A stretch of DNA of 64,000 bases from an uncultured virus (IMG/VR IMGVR_UViG_3300035680_001736) (lineage: Duplodnaviria; Heunggongvirae; Uroviricota; Caudoviricetes), in the IMG/VR virus record IMGVR_UViG_3300035680_001736. One strand, written 5' to 3'. This document shows positions 9,480-18,594 of this stretch, in pieces. The notes below the pieces were generated by a model. That model had not been told where the DNA came from, did not search any database, and saw only the letters and a program-made list of their open reading frames with translations. A program made the position numbers and the translations under genes. Numbering within the stretch: position 1 is the stretch's first letter; every line of letters begins with the position of its first letter.

Positions 9480-11804
9480 TTAGTTTACAGAAATCTTTTT
9501 AATTTCTACCGTTCCATCAGAGTAATGAATGTGAATTACATTAAGTCCCTTTTCAAGTATTGCTTCATCAATACTACCGTACCTAATTGGTTTTTCATAT
9601 AAATTACTAAACTGTCTAACTTCAACAAATTTAACTTCAGGTGCATCAATAACCTCGTCATTGTTAACCGCAGTTGCAAGTCTTGTTACCGTACATTCAA
9701 CTTGGTTATTTGCAAGGTTTTCATCACCTGCACCACCATTTACAGTAAGAATTCTTACTCTGAAAGTGTTTGTTGAACCGAGTGGTAGAGCACAACTGTT
9801 TGTACTAAAACATACAGATGCCGATAAATAAGACACGCCTAATCGGTTTGTAGGTAATCCTCCACCTGGTAAATAAATGAATTGACCTGGAAGTAATGGA
9901 CCTTGCCAAGAACCTGGAAAACCTCCATTTGCAGGCATAGGCCAAGTTCTAGGTGCTTCAGGAATATTCACCCACATTCTGTCCCAAGTAAATGATGTAA
10001 TTGGAACTGTACCTGTATTTGTAACCTTCCATTGGAAAGTAATTTGAGTTTGTGTTGGTGAAATTGTTGCAGTTGGTGTTGACGGTATAGTCAGTGCAAC
10101 TGATAAGTCACCACCTGATACAACAGGTTGAGTAACATTGAAACTTGTTTGTCTTGTATTATCAGTTGTATTAGTTTCAGATATAGTACCCATATAATTA
10201 ACTCTACTTATAATATATCTGAGTCCTGTAATGTTACCAACATTATAAGTTATTGTCTCAACGTCAGTTGCAACTCCACCACCAAGATTGCCACTTGTTG
10301 TTCCTATAACAATATCATCAGAGTCACCCCAAGTTGTGTTGGTTGATAATCTGTGTTGAGTCATTACATTCACCGATGGATATGTAGGATTTTGTGTCGC
10401 GACATTTGCAGTAATTGTAATATTAGAACCTACTGTAACCGCCGCAGGACTTACAGTTAAAGTATTAATTACAAAGTTATGAATGAGCGTCGGAGGAGGT
10501 GGAGGAGGAATTACACCACCTGGGTTTGGTGTTAGATTAATCGCATCTTTTAAATTAATTCTTCCATAACCAAGTTCATTACTTCTTGTTGATAACGGCC
10601 AAGTAGGATTGTTAGAGTAAACATATCCACCTACTTTTTCAGCCGATTGAGCTAGTATCTGTAGTACTTGGTCGTCAGTAAGTTCCCAATTCTTGTAGAA
10701 TACAAAAGCCGCAGCGGCTGCCGTAATAGGACAAGAGAATGAGGTTCCGTTTATAGAAGTGTAGTCACCTGCGTTATAACCCGCAGCTCCCAATCTATCA
10801 GTAGTTCTAATACCAACACCAGGTGCCGATATGTCACAAATTTGACCGAAGTTAGAGAAACTTGCTCTAACATCTGATTGTGATGTTGCCCCAATTCCCC
10901 ATACAGCTGGGTAATTAGCCGGATATTGATTTGCAGTACCTGAAGCTCCATTTCCTGATGATGCTACTACCACCATACCTTTTCCACCTCTTGCGGTTGT
11001 TCTTGCCGCCTGAAACGAAGCGTCAAGAGCCGCAGAGTATGATGACCCACCATAAGACATTGCAATTGCAACACAAGTTGGATTAGCCATCGCAGCATTT
11101 ACACCATTAATCTGAATTACGTCCGATGTTCGGAAACTACCTCCAGCAAAAACTTCGGACATAATGTTAACCGGCATTACCTTTACTTTGTTGTTACCAA
11201 CACTACTAACACCAATACCATTATTTGTAACGGCCGCAATAGTTCCCGAACAAGTTGTTCCGTGTTTGTCCTCAGCGTTTACATAAGGAATATTTGTTGT
11301 GCTATTAACCGCATTGAATGGACTGTTTGTATTCCCAACGAGGTCAGGAATAGTTAAATCCAATCCTCCGTCGAACATTGCAACACTAACAAATGGATTG
11401 TTTGCCGGAACTAAGTCCCATGCTTCATCGGCATCAATATCTTTATCAGTAGACTGACGTAGATGCCAACAAGATGCAAATTCAGCGTCGTTTGGAAGAT
11501 AGTCCAACTTCATTTCTCTTGTCTCATCCTTGTAAAGATTTTGTACGAAACTTAAACTTTTGTTTCGATTAATAAATTCGTCTTGGCTCGCACCATTCGG
11601 AATCAGGACAACATACCACCCAAGTTGGTCGAACTCGACAACAACTTTTGTATCACCTTGGTTAAAGTGATTTTTTGCTTGTAGTTCCATTCCTTTTTTT
11701 GGAACCACAATAATTTGTCTTTCAATATTCTTGGATAAGTCATATTGACCGTATCCGAGAATAAAGGATAGACAAAGTGTAAGTAATAAAACGATTTTTT
11801 TCAT
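9480..11804 (-). CDS. Secreted S8 subtilisin-like serine protease with CARDB/Ig-like domains
   Basis: Signal peptide; catalytic motifs FDGG, HGTTCSG, GTSFSCP; SSGN oxyanion motif; C-terminal KGLNVIHIHYSDGTVEIKKI resembles a T9SS-like tail. Confidence 0.9.
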   Translation of the reverse strand: MKKIVLLLTLCLSFILGYGQYDLSKNIERQIIVVPKKGMELQAKNHFNQGDTKVVVEFDQLGWYVVLIPNGASQDEFINRNKSLSFVQNLYKDETREMKLDYLPNDAEFASCWHLRQSTDKDIDADEAWDLVPANNPFVSVAMFDGGLDLTIPDLVGNTNSPFNAVNSTTNIPYVNAEDKHGTTCSGTIAAVTNNGIGVSSVGNNKVKVMPVNIMSEVFAGGSFRTSDVIQINGVNAAMANPTCVAIAMSYGGSSYSAALDASFQAARTTARGGKGMVVVASSGNGASGTANQYPANYPAVWGIGATSQSDVRASFSNFGQICDISAPGVGIRTTDRLGAAGYNAGDYTSINGTSFSCPITAAAAAFVFYKNWELTDDQVLQILAQSAEKVGGYVYSNNPTWPLSTRSNELGYGRINLKDAINLTPNPGGVIPPPPPPTLIHNFVINTLTVSPAAVTVGSNITITANVATQNPTYPSVNVMTQHRLSTNTTWGDSDDIVIGTTSGNLGGGVATDVETITYNVGNITGLRYIISRVNYMGTISETNTTDNTRQTSFNVTQPVVSGGDLSVALTIPSTPTATISPTQTQITFQWKVTNTGTVPITSFTWDRMWVNIPEAPRTWPMPANGGFPGSWQGPLLPGQFIYLPGGGLPTNRLGVSYLSASVCFSTNSCALPLGSTNTFRVRILTVNGGAGDENLANNQVECTVTRLATAVNNDEVIDAPEVKFVEVRQFSNLYEKPIRYGSIDEAILEKGLNVIHIHYSDGTVEIKKISVN

Positions 11805-11830
11805 TTTTTTATTGGTTTAATTGTTTATTA

Positions 11831-12406
11831 TCATTTGACCTTGTAATTGTTGTAGTCAGACGATTTCGGCTCTTCATTTTTGAAGAAATATTTTTCTTTT
11901 TTATTTCCGTAAGTTATAATTTTTGTAAAAGAATCGGGTATAGTTGCTCCCGTAGGTAAGATTTTTGAATTTTTACTATAATTCATCCTGATTTCAACTG
12001 AAACTGTGTTAGTTTTTGCGAGTTCTCTCTCGTAAGCCTCAAGAAGTCTCCATGTGCCTCGATTTAGTTTCTCGTGTTGTAGTGTACAATTAAGATATGA
12101 GAAACTTTGTTTTAAATTTTCTTTGTCACAATTAAAGTCAGCTGCCGGAGCCAAATGACCTTTATCGTATATATTATTTTCATAGTCTTCCTCAGTTGAG
12201 GTGACAATTCCCTTTACAGGATAAAAATCAAGACCTTTACGGGATATTGTACCGTCAGTACATAACACCCTATATTCAACCCATTTTGGTTGTTGTAACT
12301 TTTCAGAATATACTACATTAAAAATAGAAGTTGTTACATAAACCGAATCCCTAAGTTGTGCATTTGTTAGTAATGGTAGAAAAAACAATAAAAATAAAAA
12401 CCTCAT
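11831..12406 (-). CDS. Secreted DNA/RNA non-specific endonuclease (NucA/EndA family)
   Basis: Signal peptide; YDKGHLAPAAD and Q...LNRGTWRLLE motifs. Confidence 0.9.
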   Translation of the reverse strand: MRFLFLLFFLPLLTNAQLRDSVYVTTSIFNVVYSEKLQQPKWVEYRVLCTDGTISRKGLDFYPVKGIVTSTEEDYENNIYDKGHLAPAADFNCDKENLKQSFSYLNCTLQHEKLNRGTWRLLEAYERELAKTNTVSVEIRMNYSKNSKILPTGATIPDSFTKIITYGNKKEKYFFKNEEPKSSDYNNYKVK

Positions 12407-12588
12407 ATGTAAAAAACATTTACATATAAATATCGTTGTTTAAGTTTGATGCCTGTCCTATCAAACTAATTTATGTCGAATCATAATGAGGTTTCGTCTA
12501 CATATTAAAATAAGATTAGAGTGAAACAATTCTAATCAATAAGGTGAGATGGAAGACGATTAAGATACAAGTCTCACCTTTATAAAAT

Positions 12589-12617
12589 AAAAAAGGTCAG
12601 ATTTCTCTGACCTTTTT
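12589..12617. terminator. Intrinsic terminator after major capsid gene
   Basis: AAAAAGGTCAGA-tttc-TCTGACCTTTTT. Confidence 0.8.
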
Positions 12618-12636
12618 AATATTACTAAGATATTGA

Positions 12637-14502
12637 TTATCTCAATTCTCTTAAATCAAATGTACGAACACCATCAATTGTAATTCTGCCATAGAAGCGG
12701 TTGTTGACCATCTTCTTCGCGTAACGTGTCATGATACCTTTGATTGGTGTGAAGTTGAATGGATTGTACATAGTTGGAGTTAATTGAAGTGGTACATACG
12801 GTGCGTAAATGTAACCAGTATCAAGTAACGATGTACCTTTGTGACCAATCAATATTTGGTTCGGTGGGAAGTATGGGTCACGATAAACCTGGTAACGACC
12901 AGCTAAAGTACCCACTCTTTCAATACCCATGTTGTATTGGTCTTGCTCAGGAGACGCATTTGAAACGTGGAAATATTCCAAGTCATCAAAGATTGCAGAA
13001 ACCTCAGATGATACAACAATCCAGTTAGCACCACCACGAAGAGTTGACTTGTGGATTTGAGCTGACAATTGGTTGATTGCAGTAATCAATGTTTGGTTCC
13101 AATCTTTCTGAGTGTAAGAAGTAGTTTGAGAAATTCTTCTCCAACCGTTGTAGTCCCAACGTAAGTTCCAAGCGGCACCCTTACGAAGGTCACGAAGAAT
13201 TTCACGGTCAATTTCCGCAGCTACTTGCTCTGACAATAAAGCCGTCAATTCAGCTTCAGCGTCAATGTTGTGGAATGCCGCAACGTCTTGAGCAAGTTCT
13301 GGAGACCACTGAGCTCTTAACTTTCTTTCAGTTACAGAAACAGTTACAGACTCAAGGTCGAAAGAAACTTCACCGATTTGGTCTTCGAATTCTAAGTTCT
13401 TATAACGTCTGAATACTGCACTTAAGTTAGTTAAACCTAAAGTATCAATAGTCGTACCTGTATAACCATCTAAAGTGGTACCTGAACAAGTTGCACAAAC
13501 AGGACAAGAAAGGTCAACTTCCAAATAAATGTCACCTGTTGGGCTACAAATATCGTTGAATGAACCTCCGTTACCTTGTGCTGGCCATGGAACTGGAGTG
13601 CGAGTGTTTAATCCGCTAACGATACCTTGACCATATTGTTGAGTCACAACTCTAAACAATAATGAATTTGGGTCTCCAGCATCGTCAAATACTACTGAAC
13701 AAGGACTTTCTGCGTCAACGAAATCATTTGTTGCAAATACTCTTAAATCAGACAAGAAAGTTTCTGAATCGTATTCATTACCATCAGGTCCAATTAATTT
13801 ACCATTACCAACATTAGCAAAACCGCTAATTTTAACGATAACTTTTCTAACGTTCAAACCATCAAATTCGCCACCATAGTTAACCAATGAACCATTTGAC
13901 CAAACTTGAACGTCACCGGGTACAGTAACTGCAGACCACTGTCCTTTTGAATAGTCAAACAAACCTGGAGGGTCTAATTGACCTTCATTACCTTCATAAA
14001 ACAAATCATAAAGGTTCTTTTGGAATTGGTTACCAGTTGTATACCCTGATGTCGGTGAACCAGGATAAGCACCTGGTGACCCAACTGGACTCAAGTGACC
14101 ACCTGAAGAACCATCGTAGTTATTTGATGGTAATTGTGGGTCAAAGTATGGATTACCCGCATTGTAAGCCTGAATCTTTGGTACGAAGTAGAACAACTTA
14201 CCGATTGGTAAGTTCATAGCTTGTACTGATACGATTTCATTAGCAAGTAACTTAGAGAATACACGTCTAACGATTGGGAATACAACAGTTTCAAATGAAC
14301 CTGAAGAACCGTCAGAAGTAGCTTCGTTAATCAAATGTGACGCTTGGTTTTCATATAACTGCGCTACATTTTCTTTTAGGTGGCCTTTAAGACCTTCAAG
14401 GAACCCTAATTTGTCCCATTTGTTGATAGTATCTTCTTTGATAACTTTAAGGTGCTTAAGACCGATGTTACCAACAAGACCTGATTCTAATAATGCTCCC
14501 AT
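12637..14502 (-). CDS. Major capsid protein (T4 gp23-like)
   Basis: RKLRAQWSPELAQD...DAEAEL...EIDREI, YAPYVPL and GIMTRYA motifs. Confidence 0.97.
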   Translation of the reverse strand: MGALLESGLVGNIGLKHLKVIKEDTINKWDKLGFLEGLKGHLKENVAQLYENQASHLINEATSDGSSGSFETVVFPIVRRVFSKLLANEIVSVQAMNLPIGKLFYFVPKIQAYNAGNPYFDPQLPSNNYDGSSGGHLSPVGSPGAYPGSPTSGYTTGNQFQKNLYDLFYEGNEGQLDPPGLFDYSKGQWSAVTVPGDVQVWSNGSLVNYGGEFDGLNVRKVIVKISGFANVGNGKLIGPDGNEYDSETFLSDLRVFATNDFVDAESPCSVVFDDAGDPNSLLFRVVTQQYGQGIVSGLNTRTPVPWPAQGNGGSFNDICSPTGDIYLEVDLSCPVCATCSGTTLDGYTGTTIDTLGLTNLSAVFRRYKNLEFEDQIGEVSFDLESVTVSVTERKLRAQWSPELAQDVAAFHNIDAEAELTALLSEQVAAEIDREILRDLRKGAAWNLRWDYNGWRRISQTTSYTQKDWNQTLITAINQLSAQIHKSTLRGGANWIVVSSEVSAIFDDLEYFHVSNASPEQDQYNMGIERVGTLAGRYQVYRDPYFPPNQILIGHKGTSLLDTGYIYAPYVPLQLTPTMYNPFNFTPIKGIMTRYAKKMVNNRFYGRITIDGVRTFDLRELR

Positions 14503-14530
14503 TTTTTTTGGTTTTTTATTAATTTTAAGT

Positions 14531-16000
14531 TTATTTTAATTTTGCCATTAAATCTTTCATTCTAAGGAATTGAGGATTTTCATAAGTTTTTGATTCAATT
14601 AAGTTAACCGCAGAACCTGTAGCCGGAACTGATTCAATTTTACGTTCGATTGACTCGTTCATTGGTTGACTTTGTACCGTTGAAAGCTCATCCTTGATTG
14701 ATTTATACAAATTCTTCGATTCTTTAAGAGTTTCAACACCATCAAATCTTTTCAAGATGTTAATTTTTTCTTGTTTAGATGTTGAATGTTCAGTAAACAA
14801 ACGTGTTGCGTATGCCAAGTTTGAATTGAATACCGCTACCTCGTTTAATTTATTTCTGAACACGTTAAGTGCCTTTCTATACTCTTCGTTTTTCTCTCTA
14901 AGAATTTGTAACTCGTTTGAATCCACACCTTCAAAAGTTAGGTTTCTATTAGGAGTAATCCCTTTTCTTAGACCACGACCTGATTTAGAACCATTACCAT
15001 ATGTACGTGCGGCTTCTTTTGTTTCCGTTTTCTTAGCGCCTTTTGGTTTAATTTTGAATTCGCCATCAAGAGTTTCCTTATCTTTGTATACATTAACTTT
15101 TTTAGCGTTACCTGTACCCATAGTTTTGTTAGCACTCTTTTTAACAACTTTAAACCCTTCACCTTGATTTGGATTTTTATTATATGAGAATTTTGGTTTA
15201 CCCATGTTCTTACCTTTTGCTTTGAACGTCTTTTTAGACTCTTCTAAAGATTCATTGTATTCTTCCTCTTCTTCGTCTTCATCAGGCGTTTCAATTTCGT
15301 ACACCATACCTTCAGTTTCCTCTTCCTCCTCTTCTTCATCGGAGTCGTCAGACATTTCGATTTCGTACATAATTTCGTCACCTTCTGAATATTCATCGCT
15401 AAATTCCATGTCTTCTTCAGAATCCATTTCTTCTTCGTCTGATTCTTCATCATCAAACATTTTAGAAACGATGTCTTCAATTGATTCGTCAGTAGAATAT
15501 GATTTCTCCATTTCCATAGATTCTTCCATTTCTTCTGACTCATAGAATTCTTCTTCCATTTCTTCGTCAGATTCACCTACAATCATGTATTCATTTTCTT
15601 CATCTTTGATATTGATGTTTCCAGCATCGTCTTTTGTTACGATAATGTTATCATCAGGTCCCATAAGTTGAAATACACGAAGTACTTCTTCATCTGACTT
15701 GTCGGTAAGGTCGATAGGTTCTTCCATATCTTCCATTTCGTCATCAGTATCCATTTCCATACCCATGTCCATTTCATCAGAGTCCATTTCGTCGTCTGTT
15801 TCCATTTCAGGTCCTTCCATGTCTACATCAGTCATTTCAATCTCATCTTCTTCTTGTTCAGATAGAGATTCCTTTACTAGCTCTTTGATTTCTTCCTTCA
15901 TAGTAGAAGCAAGTATTCCTTTTGCATTTTCAGCAACCGCTTCTTCCAAATTTCTCATTTGGATGATTGCCTCTTCAACAATTGATTTTTCTTTTGCCAT
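14531..16000 (-). CDS. Prohead core/scaffold protein (acidic)
   Basis: Lies between prohead protease and MCP; very acidic, coiled-coil C-terminus, many LxE sites. Confidence 0.75.
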   Translation of the reverse strand: MAKEKSIVEEAIIQMRNLEEAVAENAKGILASTMKEEIKELVKESLSEQEEDEIEMTDVDMEGPEMETDDEMDSDEMDMGMEMDTDDEMEDMEEPIDLTDKSDEEVLRVFQLMGPDDNIIVTKDDAGNINIKDEENEYMIVGESDEEMEEEFYESEEMEESMEMEKSYSTDESIEDIVSKMFDDEESDEEEMDSEEDMEFSDEYSEGDEIMYEIEMSDDSDEEEEEEETEGMVYEIETPDEDEEEEEYNESLEESKKTFKAKGKNMGKPKFSYNKNPNQGEGFKVVKKSANKTMGTGNAKKVNVYKDKETLDGEFKIKPKGAKKTETKEAARTYGNGSKSGRGLRKGITPNRNLTFEGVDSNELQILREKNEEYRKALNVFRNKLNEVAVFNSNLAYATRLFTEHSTSKQEKINILKRFDGVETLKESKNLYKSIKDELSTVQSQPMNESIERKIESVPATGSAVNLIESKTYENPQFLRMKDLMAKLK

Positions 16001-16128
16001 TTTTGGTTTTAATTTTTTATATAAATATTATCGAGTTTTAAAAAATTTATTTATATTGACAAATCAAACCAAAATAAAATAAAAAAGGAGGTATAAAACC
16101 TCCTTTAATTTAATCATTGATATATAGA

Positions 16129-16338
16129 TTATTCTATCACCTCATCTATTTTACTTTCAACAATTGCGGTTATTCTCCAATCTTCAGAATAATTTTCAAA
16201 AACTTTAGTCACTTTTGCTTCTACATCTGTTGGTGAATAACCTTTAACTAATTTTTCTTGTCTTAGTTTTTTAATTTTACCTGTCTCGGGGTCAGGCATG
16301 TCTGTTGTAATTTTTGCTACAAAATATTTTTCGTCCAT
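16129..16338 (-). CDS. Hypothetical protein (head module)
   Basis: 69-aa ORF co-oriented with the operon and followed by a terminator at ~16081-16106. Confidence 0.8.
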   Translation of the reverse strand: MDEKYFVAKITTDMPDPETGKIKKLRQEKLVKGYSPTDVEAKVTKVFENYSEDWRITAIVESKIDEVIE

Positions 16339-16349
16339 TTTAATTATTT

Positions 16350-17075
16350 TTAGTACTTCAAATAATCGTTCAATTTTTTCATTAAGTCAAGCGATTTGTT
16401 TGAACTTTCACCTGAAACTCTTTGTGCTTTCATTTTGTTCTCCTCCTCCAAGTTTTCTTCAAAGTTAAATCTGTCATTTGGCTCCAAGAATAGATAAGCA
16501 CCAGGTGTTGATGGTGACCATACAAGGTCAAAACAAATTAATTCAAAATCGTCCTGTACTTCGTTTTGTTCTCCAATTTTTTTAAGTGACCCCACACCAC
16601 GAGATGAGATACCAAGTGTTACACCTTGTCTTAAAAGATTTGCCGCTTGGTCTCCTTTTGTAGAAACAATTCCTCTTTCATGAAAACCTGGCGAAGTGAG
16701 TAATTTTAATTTACCCATCAAAACAGGACCTTCCCACCATATATCGGTAATTGCATGAGAAACTCTATCTAAATCGACAAGTGATGACTCAGGGTGATTT
16801 AATTCAGACAAAGCAATACCTTTACCAATCATTTTTTTATAATTGTCGGCTTCTCTTTTTAATACTTTTTCAGGATATATTCTACCGTTTCTATTTGGAG
16901 TATTGTATTTTTGTAGTACCGCATAAAACTCAAATGGTTTTGAGTGGTCCAACATTCCTTTAGACTCACGGATTAAATTGGCGTTACGTTGTTCCGTAGG
17001 TGAAATATAACCCGCATCGTGTTCAACAAGTAATCCCTTACCTATTTGACCGGGTTGTATAATTTGATGATTCAT
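16350..17075 (-). CDS. Prohead core protease (T4 gp21-like)
   Basis: NRNGRIYP, ELNHP, GISSRGVGS, FDLVWSPSTPGA motifs. Confidence 0.95.
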   Translation of the reverse strand: MNHQIIQPGQIGKGLLVEHDAGYISPTEQRNANLIRESKGMLDHSKPFEFYAVLQKYNTPNRNGRIYPEKVLKREADNYKKMIGKGIALSELNHPESSLVDLDRVSHAITDIWWEGPVLMGKLKLLTSPGFHERGIVSTKGDQAANLLRQGVTLGISSRGVGSLKKIGEQNEVQDDFELICFDLVWSPSTPGAYLFLEPNDRFNFEENLEEENKMKAQRVSGESSNKSLDLMKKLNDYLKY

Positions 17076-17096
17076 CTTTAATTTTCTTTATAAATA

Positions 17097-17570
17097 TTAA
17101 AGATTGTCGGTTTCTATTTTCTCTACCTTAGTTTTTTTGGTTTTTGTAAGTTGGAACTTGAAGTATTCGTTGTTTGTGAAGTTTTCCTGAAATAATTGTT
17201 TGCATATTTTTTTAAGTGACTCTTTGAGTCGTCTTGATTTAAAATCACCCTCATCTCCTGTCAAATAAAAATTTATTTCCAAATTTAAAAATGACTTTTT
17301 ACCTTTTTGTAATCCGCTTGAACGTAAATCTAAATCAACAATAAATTTATTATCAAATAATGTTTTGTCTAAAGAATCTAAGACCGAATGTTTTATAAAC
17401 CGACTTAAGTTTAAAACTATTCTATTCCAATTTTCAGAATTTATCTTGGGTTCGACCCATGTTTGAATGTTTAAATACAATGACTTGAAATTAACTGAAT
17501 CTACCGTGCCATAAACTACTTTGGCCGTTTTAAACCCCTGAATCTGTGAGGTCTTTCCTTTTTTCATCAA
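17097..17570 (-). CDS. Hypothetical protein
   Basis: 157-aa ORF in the head module. Confidence 0.8.
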   Translation of the reverse strand: MMKKGKTSQIQGFKTAKVVYGTVDSVNFKSLYLNIQTWVEPKINSENWNRIVLNLSRFIKHSVLDSLDKTLFDNKFIVDLDLRSSGLQKGKKSFLNLEINFYLTGDEGDFKSRRLKESLKKICKQLFQENFTNNEYFKFQLTKTKKTKVEKIETDNL

Positions 17571-17662
17571 CTTTCCATATTATACAAGTTTATTTTTAAA
17601 AAAAATAAGTATATTTGTACCGATAGTCAAAAAAAAACTTATTTTAAAGATATTTGTAATAT

Positions 17663-17854
17663 ATGTTAATCGTTAAATTAGATAAAAATATTAATATTGA
17701 GAAGGCACTTAAAATTCTTAAGAGCAAAGTTATTAAAACAAAACAAACCTCTGAGTTGGTTAATAGAAAAGAATATACCAAAAAATCTATTAGAAAAAGA
17801 GATATTCTTAAAAAAGCCAAATACGTTCAAAAAAGAAAAGACTCTGAGGATTAA
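17663..17854 (+). CDS. rpsU: Phage-encoded 30S ribosomal protein bS21
   Basis: 63 aa, basic; NIEKALKILKSK...ELVNRKEYTKKSIRKR...KAKYVQ matches the bS21 pattern. Confidence 0.88.
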   Translation: MLIVKLDKNINIEKALKILKSKVIKTKQTSELVNRKEYTKKSIRKRDILKKAKYVQKRKDSED

Positions 17855-18573
17855 AGACTTTCGTTCAAGTTCTTTAATCTGAAGTATGACAATTTATTAT
17901 ACGTCTCAGAATCAACTTTTGTTATTGTTTCTTCAACTCTGTCTAAAGTGTCATTATCTTGTGTGCCTTCCTTCAAAGAAGTTAATTTTGTTTTAACCTC
18001 ATTTTTAATTGACTCAAACTGAGGTTCCAATTCAGAGTCTTCGGTCTTTAAAAATTTAATTAAATCTTGTCTGTCAGACTCATTTAAATTTTCAACGTAA
18101 TTTGAGAAAGTTTTATTTGCAATATTAATCATAGTTGAAATCGGCAAATTAACTGTTTCTGTTTTTTTGGTTTCAGTAGACTTAATTAAGTTTTCAGAAA
18201 TAACCTTTTTACTTTTTAAACGAGACTCAATTGTTAAAACGTCAGTTGAAAACAAATTATCAATGTTCTCGTACTTATTATCACATTTAACATCAGAAAC
18301 CCATTTCTTTAGATTGTTGATTGTTGATTCATCAATTTTATTTACGGTGTTCTCATAAATTGTAACACATTCATAGATGTAATCATTAACCAAAGATTCG
18401 TTTAAACCTTTATTTGAACTCATTTCATCGTATAGATAAAACAACTTACTAATATTCTTATTACCCAAAACTAAAGACTTAAAATTCCTCATTTCAGATT
18501 TAAAAGTATTCTTAGAATAAGATTCAAGTAATTTTTCTTCAATCTTTGATTTAATATTTCCGAACTTAATCAT
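17851..18573 (-). CDS. Hypothetical protein (head module)
   Basis: 240-aa ORF; TATTTATA at 18587-18594. Confidence 0.85.
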   Translation of the reverse strand: MIKFGNIKSKIEEKLLESYSKNTFKSEMRNFKSLVLGNKNISKLFYLYDEMSSNKGLNESLVNDYIYECVTIYENTVNKIDESTINNLKKWVSDVKCDNKYENIDNLFSTDVLTIESRLKSKKVISENLIKSTETKKTETVNLPISTMINIANKTFSNYVENLNESDRQDLIKFLKTEDSELEPQFESIKNEVKTKLTSLKEGTQDNDTLDRVEETITKVDSETYNKLSYFRLKNLNESL

Positions 18574-18594
18574 TTTCTTTTTTTATTATAAATA

